DNA of 62,843 nt, counting the filler, from Barthelona sp. PAP020 (lineage: Eukaryota): assembly GCA_040182905.1 (NCBI GenBank). It is 4 parts of 4 records of this genome, joined end to end, with 100 filler letters (N's around TTAATTAATTAA, not from the genome) between each part and the next. Parts side by side here need not be neighbours in the genome. Positions count along the whole stretch, not along the records: positions 15,883 to 31,517 come from JARQWU010000277.1; 3 more parts are not named here. The stretch is one strand, 5' to 3'. Both the position numbers and the translations under genes were made by a program. Below the pieces are notes generated by a model. It was not told the origin of the DNA, did not search any database, and worked only from the letters and a program-made list of their open reading frames with translations. The first letter of the stretch is position 1. Every line of letters begins with the position of its first letter. Below, in pieces: positions 19,601 through 29,195 of the stretch.

Positions 19601-21783
19601 AACTTTTTTCAAAAATTCCAGATAACGAGTTTAGGATATTTATTTCGACGAATATAGCAGAAACATCAATTACGCTACCAAATGTGAGATATGTTATTGA
19701 TTTTGGTCAAACCAAGTCAACTATATATTCTTCTGACCTTGGAAAAACAATTTTAACATCGTCATTTGCAAGTAAATCATCTATTCAACAACGAATTGGT
19801 CGAATTGGACGTACGCAAACGGGTATTTTTTTTTGCATGTATCCACAAGAGCTTTATAATAATTTGAATTTTGAGATGATGAACGTCAGCAATTTGACAC
19901 ATGTTATTTTACAATGTTTTCGTTATTTTGGTATTAATCAATTGCAGTTGTCGATTTTTGAAATGACACAGTTCTTTCCCCATGTTCCTGAGATAGAACA
20001 AGTTAGAAAAGCTACCAAATATCTGTTAGATGCTAAGATTTTGCAAAACGTACCACATAAATTAACTCCTCTTGGATGGTTTTGTTCTAGCTTAAGCACA
20101 GATATCTTTCTGGGAACTTTTTTGGCTGCTTGTTTGTTGCTTGATTTAGGTCCTCACGCAATTACTATTTCATCATATTTTTCCTCACCATTACCATTTC
20201 ACAGTAGATTGAACATCGGTATTGATGAAAAAGTGTATTTTTTGCATGGAACTGGTATCAATAAATTTATTCAAGATTTGGATAATGGAAGAAATAGCGT
20301 TCTTTCAGGATGGATAAATTTTGTTAGCAAAATTCAAAATTTACCACCAAAATTTCACAAAACATTCTTTGAAAAGTATTCTGTCAATTTTAAAAAATTT
20401 AAATACCTTGAAAGGAAGAAAAGAGAAGTTTTGGATTCTCTTTTTCAACTTGGTATTAATGTTTCTTTACGTTTGCCTGAACAATCACATGTCTTTGTTG
20501 ATTTCTTATTCAGTTCAGTGATGTTTGGTTTCTTCCGAAATTCAAGCTGCATACTTGCAAACAGTCAAAGAGAAAGGGTGAATGAATTTGAAAACAACAA
20601 TCGTTTCGTTCTACGCTTGTACACCTCACAAAATGCAAGAGAGATGAAGTTTGGGCTTTGCAATATTGATGAATTGCCTGATATTTTGAAGTCTTTTTTG
20701 CCATCGGATGTGTATGGTTTATTTACTGATATAAAGATTTCCAAGCATAAGTTGAATAAAACTAAAACTGATCATAGCAAGTTAACAACTTCAACCACAA
20801 ATACAAATGAAAAAGAGGAGCAAATTATCATAGATTTGCTCTTCCAAAGAGATACCTATTCATGTATACCCAATGACATGCCGTTGAATGCAAAACTATT
20901 TTTGCACAGTATAGATAATGTGTTAAGATTGCCCAATCCCTTGTTTAAGCAGATGCAAGGATTGATAAGGGAGTATAATCGGACAAAAGATCCGCATCAT
21001 TTTCATGAATTGTTTCATTCCTTTATCGACAGGTTGGACGAGAATGAATTTGTCTGTTTATCTATTGAAGAACGTTTATCATACATTATGAAGCAAATAC
21101 CAGTTACAATTGATTTTTACATAACATGGCAAGGAAAACCAACCGTTCTTCTATTAGATATTGATCAATATCTTGCTAATGTGAAGATACAGGGAATAGG
21201 GTGTTGTTTTTCACTGGAAGCTCCAGAAAATGGTGCCATTATAAAAAAATACACATCTTTTCGGGGATATCATGCTCCAGTGAATGATTGGTTCTATCTA
21301 GGGGTGGTTCGACAGACCATTAACACCGATAAATACACATTGTCTGATGGTTTTCATCCTATTGTTGGTCCCATTGCACATCAAATGTTGGGAGCAATGT
21401 TGTTTTCAGATTATGATTGGGTATACTTTCATCCTCCAGATTGGGAGATTAAAAAGGATCGATTGATCGTAGGGTTGAGAATTAAACAATCTGAAAGAAA
21501 TAAATCTTATGCACAGAAGATCTACGTGTTTAGGGAACTACTTGCAATTGATTATTTGCGAGATATTAATGGTATTAGGATGAATTTGAGCTTCTATTTC
21601 AATAGAACCCAGTATTTGCATCAAAAATCACTTACAGACAGCATTTGGAAATTGTGGAATAATTTTAAAACGTTACCATACAATGGTGAGTTGTTGGAAG
21701 AGAGTTTCTTTGAACAACCTCATACCTTTTTGAAAAGAGATGATAGCACTGGTTTTTCCGTTTTTCAAACTTCTTTTGATTGA
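16657..21783 (+). CDS. Fusion of XPG/FEN1-type (Asteroid-like) PIN nuclease and DEAH-box RNA helicase (Spindle-E/TDRD9-like)
   Basis: Nuclease motifs: MGVRGL, IVIDGSN, EGDAD, LSNDSDF, LLGND. Helicase motifs: GSTGSGKS, TQPRRLAAVSLA, DEVH, MSAT, IFLPG, STNIAETSIT, QRIGRIGR, and HA2 LTPLG. One uninterrupted ORF. Confidence 0.9.
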   Translation: MGVRGLLTHLQTVNPFIMKDLTKEQSSYQIVIDGSNLAFIMFNQYTLESDRPFLKTVAGFSFREFSNYVYCFFHNLYEHVKDLTIYLVRDSSKSNFKFSGGYDFLLQKQYTYLQRVEKAQEYIKANDSSHGINVKDMTKLVPKEQWLSPNLLQEEFMMAIYKVMDDHKLIIKPSEGDADIFIVQLYKELKADILLSNDSDFLLFRNINYVPLYSIFEGLPFLKVVNSDEFIKTNNLTRSQMIAVCLLLGNDHTQVLMQKLNMHGLIMKYLKTIGNDEAISVSTEKHESCNRAMMQSSAFLQAIDFLKSSFPSNFETLDRNSFYLFLRKLLPYMTNEDEFTLKEAIEYCFMAYELEVSQHFKGQVEMSVSMMNLRAKTNVFVCHVGYEALEGYVSLGELLRPLVSVQLGLQNRRSTTYIYRAANSLNLIEEELLADSKFSQYNFDSSDPWEGFFDIIHCNDLAVRTASTDPLFNISDMQTVVFGCMIRYIQSFKASYLALDDMNTEDHDFDDFDLDDLLAFDEANMDQFTRSVFDESIIDALLCQFIWLKHEDAYPFERKLDGFVKSSTTTAIYQFCGLIKLVFKIISLLELRLDFGTSDIFDAALFSRIHSGELALPLDLVNKKMDLIDALGRSAEVYDFVPEEWGLSADVQSFDMKLTKLPIDVHATAIKQTIDAHRVTILKGSTGSGKSSRIPQIILDNEPTAKILVTQPRRLAAVSLARHVALTRGCDLGREVGYMIGGNACISNITQICYVTTGFLIQMIGHRMDRLDEYTHIVLDEVHENDADMDLLLAHLKLLLDLGERNIELLIEKGEISSVVGQLIQKLKFKLIVMSATLTLDSWMNYFKHQSISDPILIDARKFNVKSLYLKDIIRILPKKEQLYFKQHLMNISKTTSVEVSPELISLESLELCLMLMRQIVSAEERKAKTKNVNSLERLSDWLIFLPGLREFMLFDLIFKRFEFNNAHVFYLHSQIDILTDQLFSKIPDNEFRIFISTNIAETSITLPNVRYVIDFGQTKSTIYSSDLGKTILTSSFASKSSIQQRIGRIGRTQTGIFFCMYPQELYNNLNFEMMNVSNLTHVILQCFRYFGINQLQLSIFEMTQFFPHVPEIEQVRKATKYLLDAKILQNVPHKLTPLGWFCSSLSTDIFLGTFLAACLLLDLGPHAITISSYFSSPLPFHSRLNIGIDEKVYFLHGTGINKFIQDLDNGRNSVLSGWINFVSKIQNLPPKFHKTFFEKYSVNFKKFKYLERKKREVLDSLFQLGINVSLRLPEQSHVFVDFLFSSVMFGFFRNSSCILANSQRERVNEFENNNRFVLRLYTSQNAREMKFGLCNIDELPDILKSFLPSDVYGLFTDIKISKHKLNKTKTDHSKLTTSTTNTNEKEEQIIIDLLFQRDTYSCIPNDMPLNAKLFLHSIDNVLRLPNPLFKQMQGLIREYNRTKDPHHFHELFHSFIDRLDENEFVCLSIEERLSYIMKQIPVTIDFYITWQGKPTVLLLDIDQYLANVKIQGIGCCFSLEAPENGAIIKKYTSFRGYHAPVNDWFYLGVVRQTINTDKYTLSDGFHPIVGPIAHQMLGAMLFSDYDWVYFHPPDWEIKKDRLIVGLRIKQSERNKSYAQKIYVFRELLAIDYLRDINGIRMNLSFYFNRTQYLHQKSLTDSIWKLWNNFKTLPYNGELLEESFFEQPHTFLKRDDSTGFSVFQTSFD

Positions 21784-22062
21784 TTGATATTATGTTTATG
21801 AATTTGTTCTTTGCTGTTCTTTGCTGTTCTTGTCATTTTTTGAATAAATAATTTTGTTTTTTTTTTTTGTTTTTGGAATGTTAAAATGAAGGTAAATTTC
21901 TCCAAAAATTGATGGAAAATCTATATAATTCATCTATTTTCCATCAAATCAACACTTGGCGATAATAAGAATGTGGTCTCTTCTTTTATCGCTTGATTCA
22001 AAGAAAAAAAAAAATTTAAAATTGATTGAAAAAAAGCAGGCAAAAACAAAGTTTCACAAGAT

Positions 22063-23892
22063 TTACAAATTTTCCAAATATTTGGTGATTTCTTCATGAT
22101 GGTTGGTTCTAGCTATGTCAATAGGCTTCCATTTATTCAAAAAGAGAGCGTTTGGATCAGCTCCATGTTTGATCAAGAGTTTTACCATATTGAAATGTCC
22201 CTTTTGAGCACACATATACAAACAAAAAGCTCCATCATGCAGACGACCATGAACGTCTGCACCATGGTGCAACAGATATTTAGCAATTTCAAAATGTCCC
22301 TTATCGCAACAAATATACAGTGCAAAACATCCAGTTTCTCTCAATCTTTCATTTACATCTGCACCAAGATCCAAAAACATTTTTACCAAATCTAAACAAC
22401 CATATAAACAACACAGTAAAAATGGACTGTAATCTCCGTTGTTATTAACTTCAATATCTGCCCTTGAGTTCAATAATAACTTGGCAATGTCCCAATGTTT
22501 CTCAAGACAGCTGACGTATAACGCAGTCAAATTAAGGTCAGTGACGGTTGCATTAATATCTGTCCCATTTTTTAATAGGAGATCGACAACCTCGAACAAC
22601 CCACATTTTGAAGCAATATATAGAGGACTAAAACCGTCAATTGTTGACAAATTAACATCAGCCCCTCGTTCAATCAGTAGTTTTGCACATTCAATGTAAG
22701 AGTTAGAACAACACAAATAAAGGGAAGAAACGTGTTCCGAACAACAATGATCAATATCAGCCCCAAAGTCTAATAACAGTTCAAGCATATCTCTACAGTC
22801 GCTTTCACAACAATAAGTTAATGGACTAGAGCTGTATTTGTTCACATGGTTTACATTTGCCCCATTCTTTAAAAGAAATTCTGCCATCTTCACTTTATGA
22901 CCTTTAATACAGCCAAACAAAGGTGTGTTCCCATGGTTGGTAATATTTTTATCAACAGTAGCACCGTTTTGGAGGAACAATTTGACCACATCAATATTGC
23001 CAGCTTCACAAGCAACAAAAAATGGCGAAATACCTCCTTCCATGCTTAAATTAAAATTAGCCCTAAAATCCATCAAAAATTGAACAATATCAAGATGTCC
23101 TTTGAAAGAAGCACCAAACAAAGCAGTTCTACCATCTTTTCCTTGCTTATTTACACTAACACCAGCTTTTATACATCTTTTCACATCATCTAAATTGCCA
23201 TTTAATGCCGCTTGGTATATTATTTTGGCTCGACCAGTTTCATCATAACCTTGCACGTCAAAAGGTTCGGGAACAACAACTAAATCCATCTTATATTTAA
23301 ACCAACTATCATCGGCACATCCATGAGACAACAGCAATTGAACAATGTCCTTTCTACCATTTTGTTCGCTTATTGTTAAAGGAGAAGTTCCATCATTCGA
23401 GCATACATTTGGGTCAGCACCAAAATCCACTAGTAATTGAATGATATCTGAAAGGCCTTTTTTACAACAAAGCAATAAAGGTGATGTTCCACTTTTTGTA
23501 CATTGATTAACATCAGCTCCATGATTTAACAATAATTCAACTATTGAGTAATGTCCATTTTCACAACTTACCCACAAAGGAGAAGCTCCATTATCCCGAC
23601 ATAAATGAATATTTGCTTTCAAATCAAGCAGAAATTGAACAATATGATAATGACCTTTGAGAGAAGCAAACCAAATTGCCGTTCGACCTTCATCATCGGC
23701 AACATTGATATCAATACCAATTTTAATCAACCTTTCAATGTCTTCAACAATATTTTTTTTGGCAGCATGGTATAATAAGTATTGATATTCTTCCTTATTT
23801 ATGGAACTGATATCAAAACTATTCTGAGAAAATATTTGTCTTAAATGCAATCTCATTGATTGAAATCTGTCTTCTTGAGTATTATTGTTCAT
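22063..23892 (-). CDS. Ankyrin-repeat protein with two fused ankyrin arrays
   Basis: Many ankyrin repeats; the family N-cap motif KYKMDLVVVPEPFD sits internally. Probable start MNNNTQE (alternative ATG 23979). Confidence 0.9.
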   Translation of the reverse strand: MNNNTQEDRFQSMRLHLRQIFSQNSFDISSINKEEYQYLLYHAAKKNIVEDIERLIKIGIDINVADDEGRTAIWFASLKGHYHIVQFLLDLKANIHLCRDNGASPLWVSCENGHYSIVELLLNHGADVNQCTKSGTSPLLLCCKKGLSDIIQLLVDFGADPNVCSNDGTSPLTISEQNGRKDIVQLLLSHGCADDSWFKYKMDLVVVPEPFDVQGYDETGRAKIIYQAALNGNLDDVKRCIKAGVSVNKQGKDGRTALFGASFKGHLDIVQFLMDFRANFNLSMEGGISPFFVACEAGNIDVVKLFLQNGATVDKNITNHGNTPLFGCIKGHKVKMAEFLLKNGANVNHVNKYSSSPLTYCCESDCRDMLELLLDFGADIDHCCSEHVSSLYLCCSNSYIECAKLLIERGADVNLSTIDGFSPLYIASKCGLFEVVDLLLKNGTDINATVTDLNLTALYVSCLEKHWDIAKLLLNSRADIEVNNNGDYSPFLLCCLYGCLDLVKMFLDLGADVNERLRETGCFALYICCDKGHFEIAKYLLHHGADVHGRLHDGAFCLYMCAQKGHFNMVKLLIKHGADPNALFLNKWKPIDIARTNHHEEITKYLENL

Positions 23893-24149
23893 GGAATTAT
23901 ACACTTTGTCTTTTAAAATGGGAATATTACATGATAATAAAAAATATCTAGAATTAAAACAAAAAAGGTTCCCTTTCATTTATTTATAAATTGCCTTTTA
24001 AATTTAAGTCATTTGTGATGTTTATGTTAATGAGAAAGAATAACGAGATTTACAAGGTTTGAAAAAGCCAAAAAGCAAAGTGTGATTTGATGCATCACAT
24101 CAAATGTTGTAAAAAAAAAAAGGATATTATTACAATAACATTATATTAA

Positions 24150-26429
24150 ATGTCAATGAATAATGTAGATACATTAATTAAATTATATTTCTCTCAATTA
24201 AAGACAGGTTGTGATAATATTCATTGTAGAAATCCATATTGTAGGAATTCTGGTCGGATTACAACTGATAATCCTAAAGATTTAACATTACTAGCTATCA
24301 AATTGGCTGAAACAGAGAATAATTTGTGCAGTAATTATTCTGGAAAGAATGATGAAGTTGATAATGACAATCAAATTTTTTACGATTTAGATTATAACGA
24401 TATAGACAAGGTTTTTTTCATGAAAAATATATTTCCAGCGAGATTTTCACATTTTGCGGAATTTGTGAATGACGTATCATTTGGAACACCATCGATGTTG
24501 AATCCAAATTTAGATGCTGAGAAATTCAGAAAAGCGGTCAAATATTTTGAGGAATCTCTTGATTTAGGTCATGTCAAGACACTAAAACATGCTTTGAAAA
24601 AGACCCTTTCCTTTTTTTCAGATGTTTTACATGAAATGACTCCTATGGTTCTAAGAGAGTTATTTTGTTTGATTCTATTACCAATATATTCAAATCATGA
24701 GTTATTTGAGAGTGTGTTTCAATTCTTTGGTTTGATTTCTCAATTATCAAAAACAAATACTCAAATTTTAGTTGGTTGGCTGTGTTTCTTATCTTCTGAA
24801 ATGTTTTCTTTGGCTCTGCATCATATTTTGAGCATGTTTAATGTTGTAATTTTGGAAAATTTGAAAACATTGAATAAAATTGCTGAGGAACAGTCCAAAC
24901 GGGTAAATGATATGTCTAATCGATCCAAATATAAGAAGATCACTCACATCTTATATGATTTTTCGAATATTTTAAAGCTCTTCTATTTTGCTAATGGTCT
25001 TGATCCTGTTCTATTTGATATTAACGATAAAATGTTGTACAATGGAGCACAAAGAGTATATAAAAAACAAGGTGTTCTCGATAATCTTTTTCTTTCGGTT
25101 GAACCATATCATAAGGTTCCTTGGTGTGATTTTTATGTAGATGTGTTGAACAGTGATGATTTTTTAGGGGTTTTGGATCATAAATCTTTTATTATTGACA
25201 GAGTAGAAAATATTAACAGATTTTCTTTCAGCAAATTTCCCTTTTTTTTCAATCCAACGGATAAGCATCTGAAAGTTCAGATTGAAAGTCAGATTATTCA
25301 GCAAATTGCAGGCAGTATCAGACAAAACATTTTTTTTGGCACAATTATTATCCCTATCACTCTTAAAATTCGTGTTCGAAGAAATAATGTTGTTTCTGAT
25401 GCTTTAAATCAGTTAATGCCACGAAAAATCAACCTAAAAGCACATTTAGAAGTTGAATTTGTTGGAGAACCTGGCAGAGATGTAGGTGGTTTAACCAAAG
25501 AATTTTTTCAAATTGTGTGTCGTGATATATTTAGCCCTGACTATGGTATGTTTGTTAATAATGAAGAAACTCGTCAATATTGGATTTCTCAGTATTCTCC
25601 TGACAATTTGCTAGAGTATGAATTGATTGGTGTAGTTTTAGGCTTAGCAATATTCAATAACACTTTGTTAAATCTGGGATTTCCAAAATGCTTTTATAGA
25701 AAGCTTTGTGGTTTGCCAACATTTGTTTCTGATTTCAAGGAGATTAATCCAAAGATGTATAAAGGCCTTCAAGAATTATTGAGTTATGATGGTGGCAATG
25801 AAGAAGAAGTTTTCATGACGTATTTTGTCTATTCATACATGAGATTTGGAGAATTAATCAATGTGCCTTTAAAGCCAAATGGTGAGAACATTATTGTCAC
25901 GAAGGATAATAAAGAGGAGTATGTTCGATTGTACACGAATTTTGTGATGAATAGTTCCGTAGAAGATCAATTTCAAGCATTAAAAAGTGGTTTCTCAAGA
26001 GTATTTGATTTTAGCATGAACGATAAGAATATTTTGTCTTATATCAAGGCTGTTAATGGTGACGAATTGGAATTGATTATGTGTGGAGTTCAAGAATGGA
26101 ATATTAGTCAACTCAAAGCTGCTTGTAAATATAAAGGTTATTTACCCACAGATGATATCATTGAATGGTTTTGGGACATATTAGAAAGCTTGGATATTTC
26201 AGAACAAAAGAAATTTTTATTTTTCTCCACAGGTTGTGACAGAGTTCCTGTTGGTGGGTTTAAGAACCTTAATTTTATTATTCAGTTACATAAGGTTGAT
26301 TTATCCCATCTGCCTTCTTCTCACACGTGTTTTAATGTTTTTTGTTTGCCCCCCTATGAAACAAAACAAATTTTGAGAGAAAAATTGTTGAAAGCTTTAG
26401 AAAATTCAGAAGGATATGGTCTTGTGTAA
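24150..26429 (+). CDS. UBE3A: HECT E3 ubiquitin ligase, UBE3A/E6AP-like, with AZUL zinc finger
   Basis: AZUL motif YFSQLKTGCDNIHCRNPYC; HECT motifs FVGEPGRDVGGLTKEFFQ and catalytic LPSSHTCFN; ends EGYGLV. Confidence 0.88.
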   Translation: MSMNNVDTLIKLYFSQLKTGCDNIHCRNPYCRNSGRITTDNPKDLTLLAIKLAETENNLCSNYSGKNDEVDNDNQIFYDLDYNDIDKVFFMKNIFPARFSHFAEFVNDVSFGTPSMLNPNLDAEKFRKAVKYFEESLDLGHVKTLKHALKKTLSFFSDVLHEMTPMVLRELFCLILLPIYSNHELFESVFQFFGLISQLSKTNTQILVGWLCFLSSEMFSLALHHILSMFNVVILENLKTLNKIAEEQSKRVNDMSNRSKYKKITHILYDFSNILKLFYFANGLDPVLFDINDKMLYNGAQRVYKKQGVLDNLFLSVEPYHKVPWCDFYVDVLNSDDFLGVLDHKSFIIDRVENINRFSFSKFPFFFNPTDKHLKVQIESQIIQQIAGSIRQNIFFGTIIIPITLKIRVRRNNVVSDALNQLMPRKINLKAHLEVEFVGEPGRDVGGLTKEFFQIVCRDIFSPDYGMFVNNEETRQYWISQYSPDNLLEYELIGVVLGLAIFNNTLLNLGFPKCFYRKLCGLPTFVSDFKEINPKMYKGLQELLSYDGGNEEEVFMTYFVYSYMRFGELINVPLKPNGENIIVTKDNKEEYVRLYTNFVMNSSVEDQFQALKSGFSRVFDFSMNDKNILSYIKAVNGDELELIMCGVQEWNISQLKAACKYKGYLPTDDIIEWFWDILESLDISEQKKFLFFSTGCDRVPVGGFKNLNFIIQLHKVDLSHLPSSHTCFNVFCLPPYETKQILREKLLKALENSEGYGLV

Positions 26430-26776
26430 TAAAGATCCTGCAGTTTTGTACATTCATTTTTCTTGTGAAAAATCAGTTGCTTCAGTTGGGATGATAAATT
26501 TATTTTGTATTGGTTTTTGCTGTATGCAGAGTTACGACCTTGGAAAATGGAAGTATGCCTCAATGTGATGAAGCTGATAAGATATCTATTTTCAAATTTG
26601 GTGTCCATTCCCAAAAACTTAAAACAACTATAACAATAAAATTTACAAACAATATAAATAGAGACTCCTGTGAATTTTCCCAAAATTTTCAAACAAAATC
26701 CATCTAATTGGGTCCATAAATTTGAAAGACTAACTGTACAAACAACTTTCTATTTACTTATAATAGAAATGACAAC

Positions 26777-28582
26777 TCATTTTATCAAGGCACCAATTAG
26801 TTCATCCTTTCCAACGTCATCTAAATCCAACATGTTGACCAAGTCATGCAAATCACTGTTGTCAAATGTATCATCATATTGACTGCTTGACATGTCGATT
26901 TCTTTCATTAAATTTTCAAGAGAGGGTTTCTTTTCATAATATAACACTTCCTTTTTGCGCAAAGCATTTTTAAATTTAATATTGGTCTCTTCTTGCAGAG
27001 GATCAGCATTTCTTAATATTTCAAGAACTGAGCTGTCGTTCATGTCTAGCAATGAATCATCACTTTTTGAATGCAAATGCGAATCTTCATTTTCATTCAA
27101 AAAACCACCATTTGAACTGCTGTTGGTATCAAAATCATTTACACTCATCAAATTTGAATCAATATTATCTATTTTATTGTTAGTCAGGAATTCTCGTTTG
27201 AGTAAAGCATAAATAAATTCATCACCATCGTTGATTCCACATATTTCCATAATCTCTTGTATTTCGTCAACTTCCATGCAGCTGATATCCGTTTCATCAT
27301 CAATTACCTCTATTTCATTGTTTTTCAACTGAATTCTTGTTTTGTCTTTGCTTTTCGACCTAGTTCTGTCTTCTACCATTGTTTTTATAAAGCTATCGTT
27401 GTTTGCAATTGTTTCAGAGACAGTATTCATCTCAAACTCAAGTTGTTGCTCACTTAATTTGCCATTGGACGTGAAGCCATATGATTCGTATTCAGTGGTA
27501 TCATCATCACTGAATGGAGATACTACATAGCCATATTTTAAAAGCATATTATCACTCAATGTAATGGTTGATTCTGAAGATTCTATTGCAGCAGTATCAA
27601 CAGTTGGTGAAACAATGGATTTGTCAAGAGTAACATTATCAACATTTGTTTCAACAGATAATAAATGCTTTTGTTTAAATATCTCAAGACTATCTTCTGT
27701 GGTGTGATTTCTATCAATGTCTTGCTGTTGCTGTGATCTCAAGTTTATCTTGTTTAAAAGATGATTCAATTCAACTATTTTGTTTTCTCGAGTTAATTTA
27801 TCGGCGTTTTCTTTTTCTTTTTCTTCTATTTTTCTTCTTTCATCTCTAATATCCTTTGTATCTTTCTGTATTTCCTGTACTCGCTTCGATTTCTCAATTT
27901 CTTTGATTGGTTTTTGTTCTTTCAATTCATTAGATACTTCTGGAGAGTACAAAGTATCTTCAACACCTTTTATTGGTTTTATTACCTCTTCATTCACCTT
28001 CAATTCTGATTCCACTTTTCCTTCTGTCACTAATATCGTTTCTTCCTTATTACATGATGTGCTTGTCAAATATTTCCTGTTTGGCAAATTTGGTGTTATT
28101 GACAAATATCTACTGTTAATTCTGTCCATTAAAGAATGCATGCATGAAGTAGAAACGTTAGATTGAAATGTGTTAAGCGTTGGTGGCTCGGATTGGAGAG
28201 ATTGATCAAACATTTGCTTTTTCGGCGGTTTATGAATTTGAATATTTTCGTTTATTTCCTTTACATCTTGTTTATCCACTTCACACATATCAACATTCAT
28301 CCCAATTCCATTCCAAGTTGTTTCTTGATCAACAGTTTTAACTTTGGTTTTAACAGTATCTTCAATGCTGGTGACAGCATTCAATCGCAATATTGGTAAA
28401 TGTTTCTGTTTAAGTCGTTTATTACCATTAGAATCGGTTTTTCTTTTCAATTTATTTGTTCTGTGTTGAAATCTAGTGTTGGATAAAGATAATATCGGCA
28501 AATTTCTTATTCTTGATTTTTTTCGCCTTAAATTTGATGTTTCGACATTCATGGGCGAGTCATTTCGAAATTTTCCTGACAT
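26777..28582 (-). CDS. Hypothetical low-complexity protein (basic N-terminus, acidic C-terminus)
   Basis: 601-codon ORF; no family recognised. Confidence 0.7.
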   Translation of the reverse strand: MSGKFRNDSPMNVETSNLRRKKSRIRNLPILSLSNTRFQHRTNKLKRKTDSNGNKRLKQKHLPILRLNAVTSIEDTVKTKVKTVDQETTWNGIGMNVDMCEVDKQDVKEINENIQIHKPPKKQMFDQSLQSEPPTLNTFQSNVSTSCMHSLMDRINSRYLSITPNLPNRKYLTSTSCNKEETILVTEGKVESELKVNEEVIKPIKGVEDTLYSPEVSNELKEQKPIKEIEKSKRVQEIQKDTKDIRDERRKIEEKEKENADKLTRENKIVELNHLLNKINLRSQQQQDIDRNHTTEDSLEIFKQKHLLSVETNVDNVTLDKSIVSPTVDTAAIESSESTITLSDNMLLKYGYVVSPFSDDDTTEYESYGFTSNGKLSEQQLEFEMNTVSETIANNDSFIKTMVEDRTRSKSKDKTRIQLKNNEIEVIDDETDISCMEVDEIQEIMEICGINDGDEFIYALLKREFLTNNKIDNIDSNLMSVNDFDTNSSSNGGFLNENEDSHLHSKSDDSLLDMNDSSVLEILRNADPLQEETNIKFKNALRKKEVLYYEKKPSLENLMKEIDMSSSQYDDTFDNSDLHDLVNMLDLDDVGKDELIGALIK

Positions 28583-29195
28583 TCTTAAAAAAAAATAAAT
28601 TCAACATTTATCCTTTTAGTTAATATTTTTGTTTAAAAACATACTTGCTATGATGATGTACATAATCTTTTTTTCAAATTCACAGAATTTAAAAAAAGAA
28701 CAATTTCGCCACTCCTTTGAGTACAGTTTTTTCAATGCTGCAAATCTATCTATCGCGTTAAATATTCGTTCATTTACTTGATGTGGTTCAACCTTTTGTT
28801 AATTTTTAGGGAAAGATGGAGTATTTTTTGAAAAGTGAATCCAAGTTAAAATTAATGAATTTGTAGGTGATTTTAAAGAATTTCAAATTAATAAAAGGCA
28901 ATTGTCTTTGTATTTTGTATTTACAAGAATTTGTGATGAAAATGAAAAGAAAAATTCAAATTTTTAAAAGTTTTGAAAAAAATCTTTAACCATTCTTTGG
29001 GTCTTTGGTTTCGAGATGAAGGTTTACTGATTCGAAACTTTTGCTAATTGAATTCTATATCAATTAACCGCTGATTTCTTCGGATTTTGGTAATTTTTGA
29101 ACTTTTTTTTCAATCATAACATTTAATTCTTGATTTAATTATTAAATAGTCTTTTTTTTTTTTTAAAGCTACAGAATGTTGGTTAAATTATAACA

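Noticed and set aside
22063..26429. Divergent ankyrin and HECT ligase pair as a functional unit
   Set aside because: Ankyrin genes are frequent in this window, so adjacency alone is not evidence.
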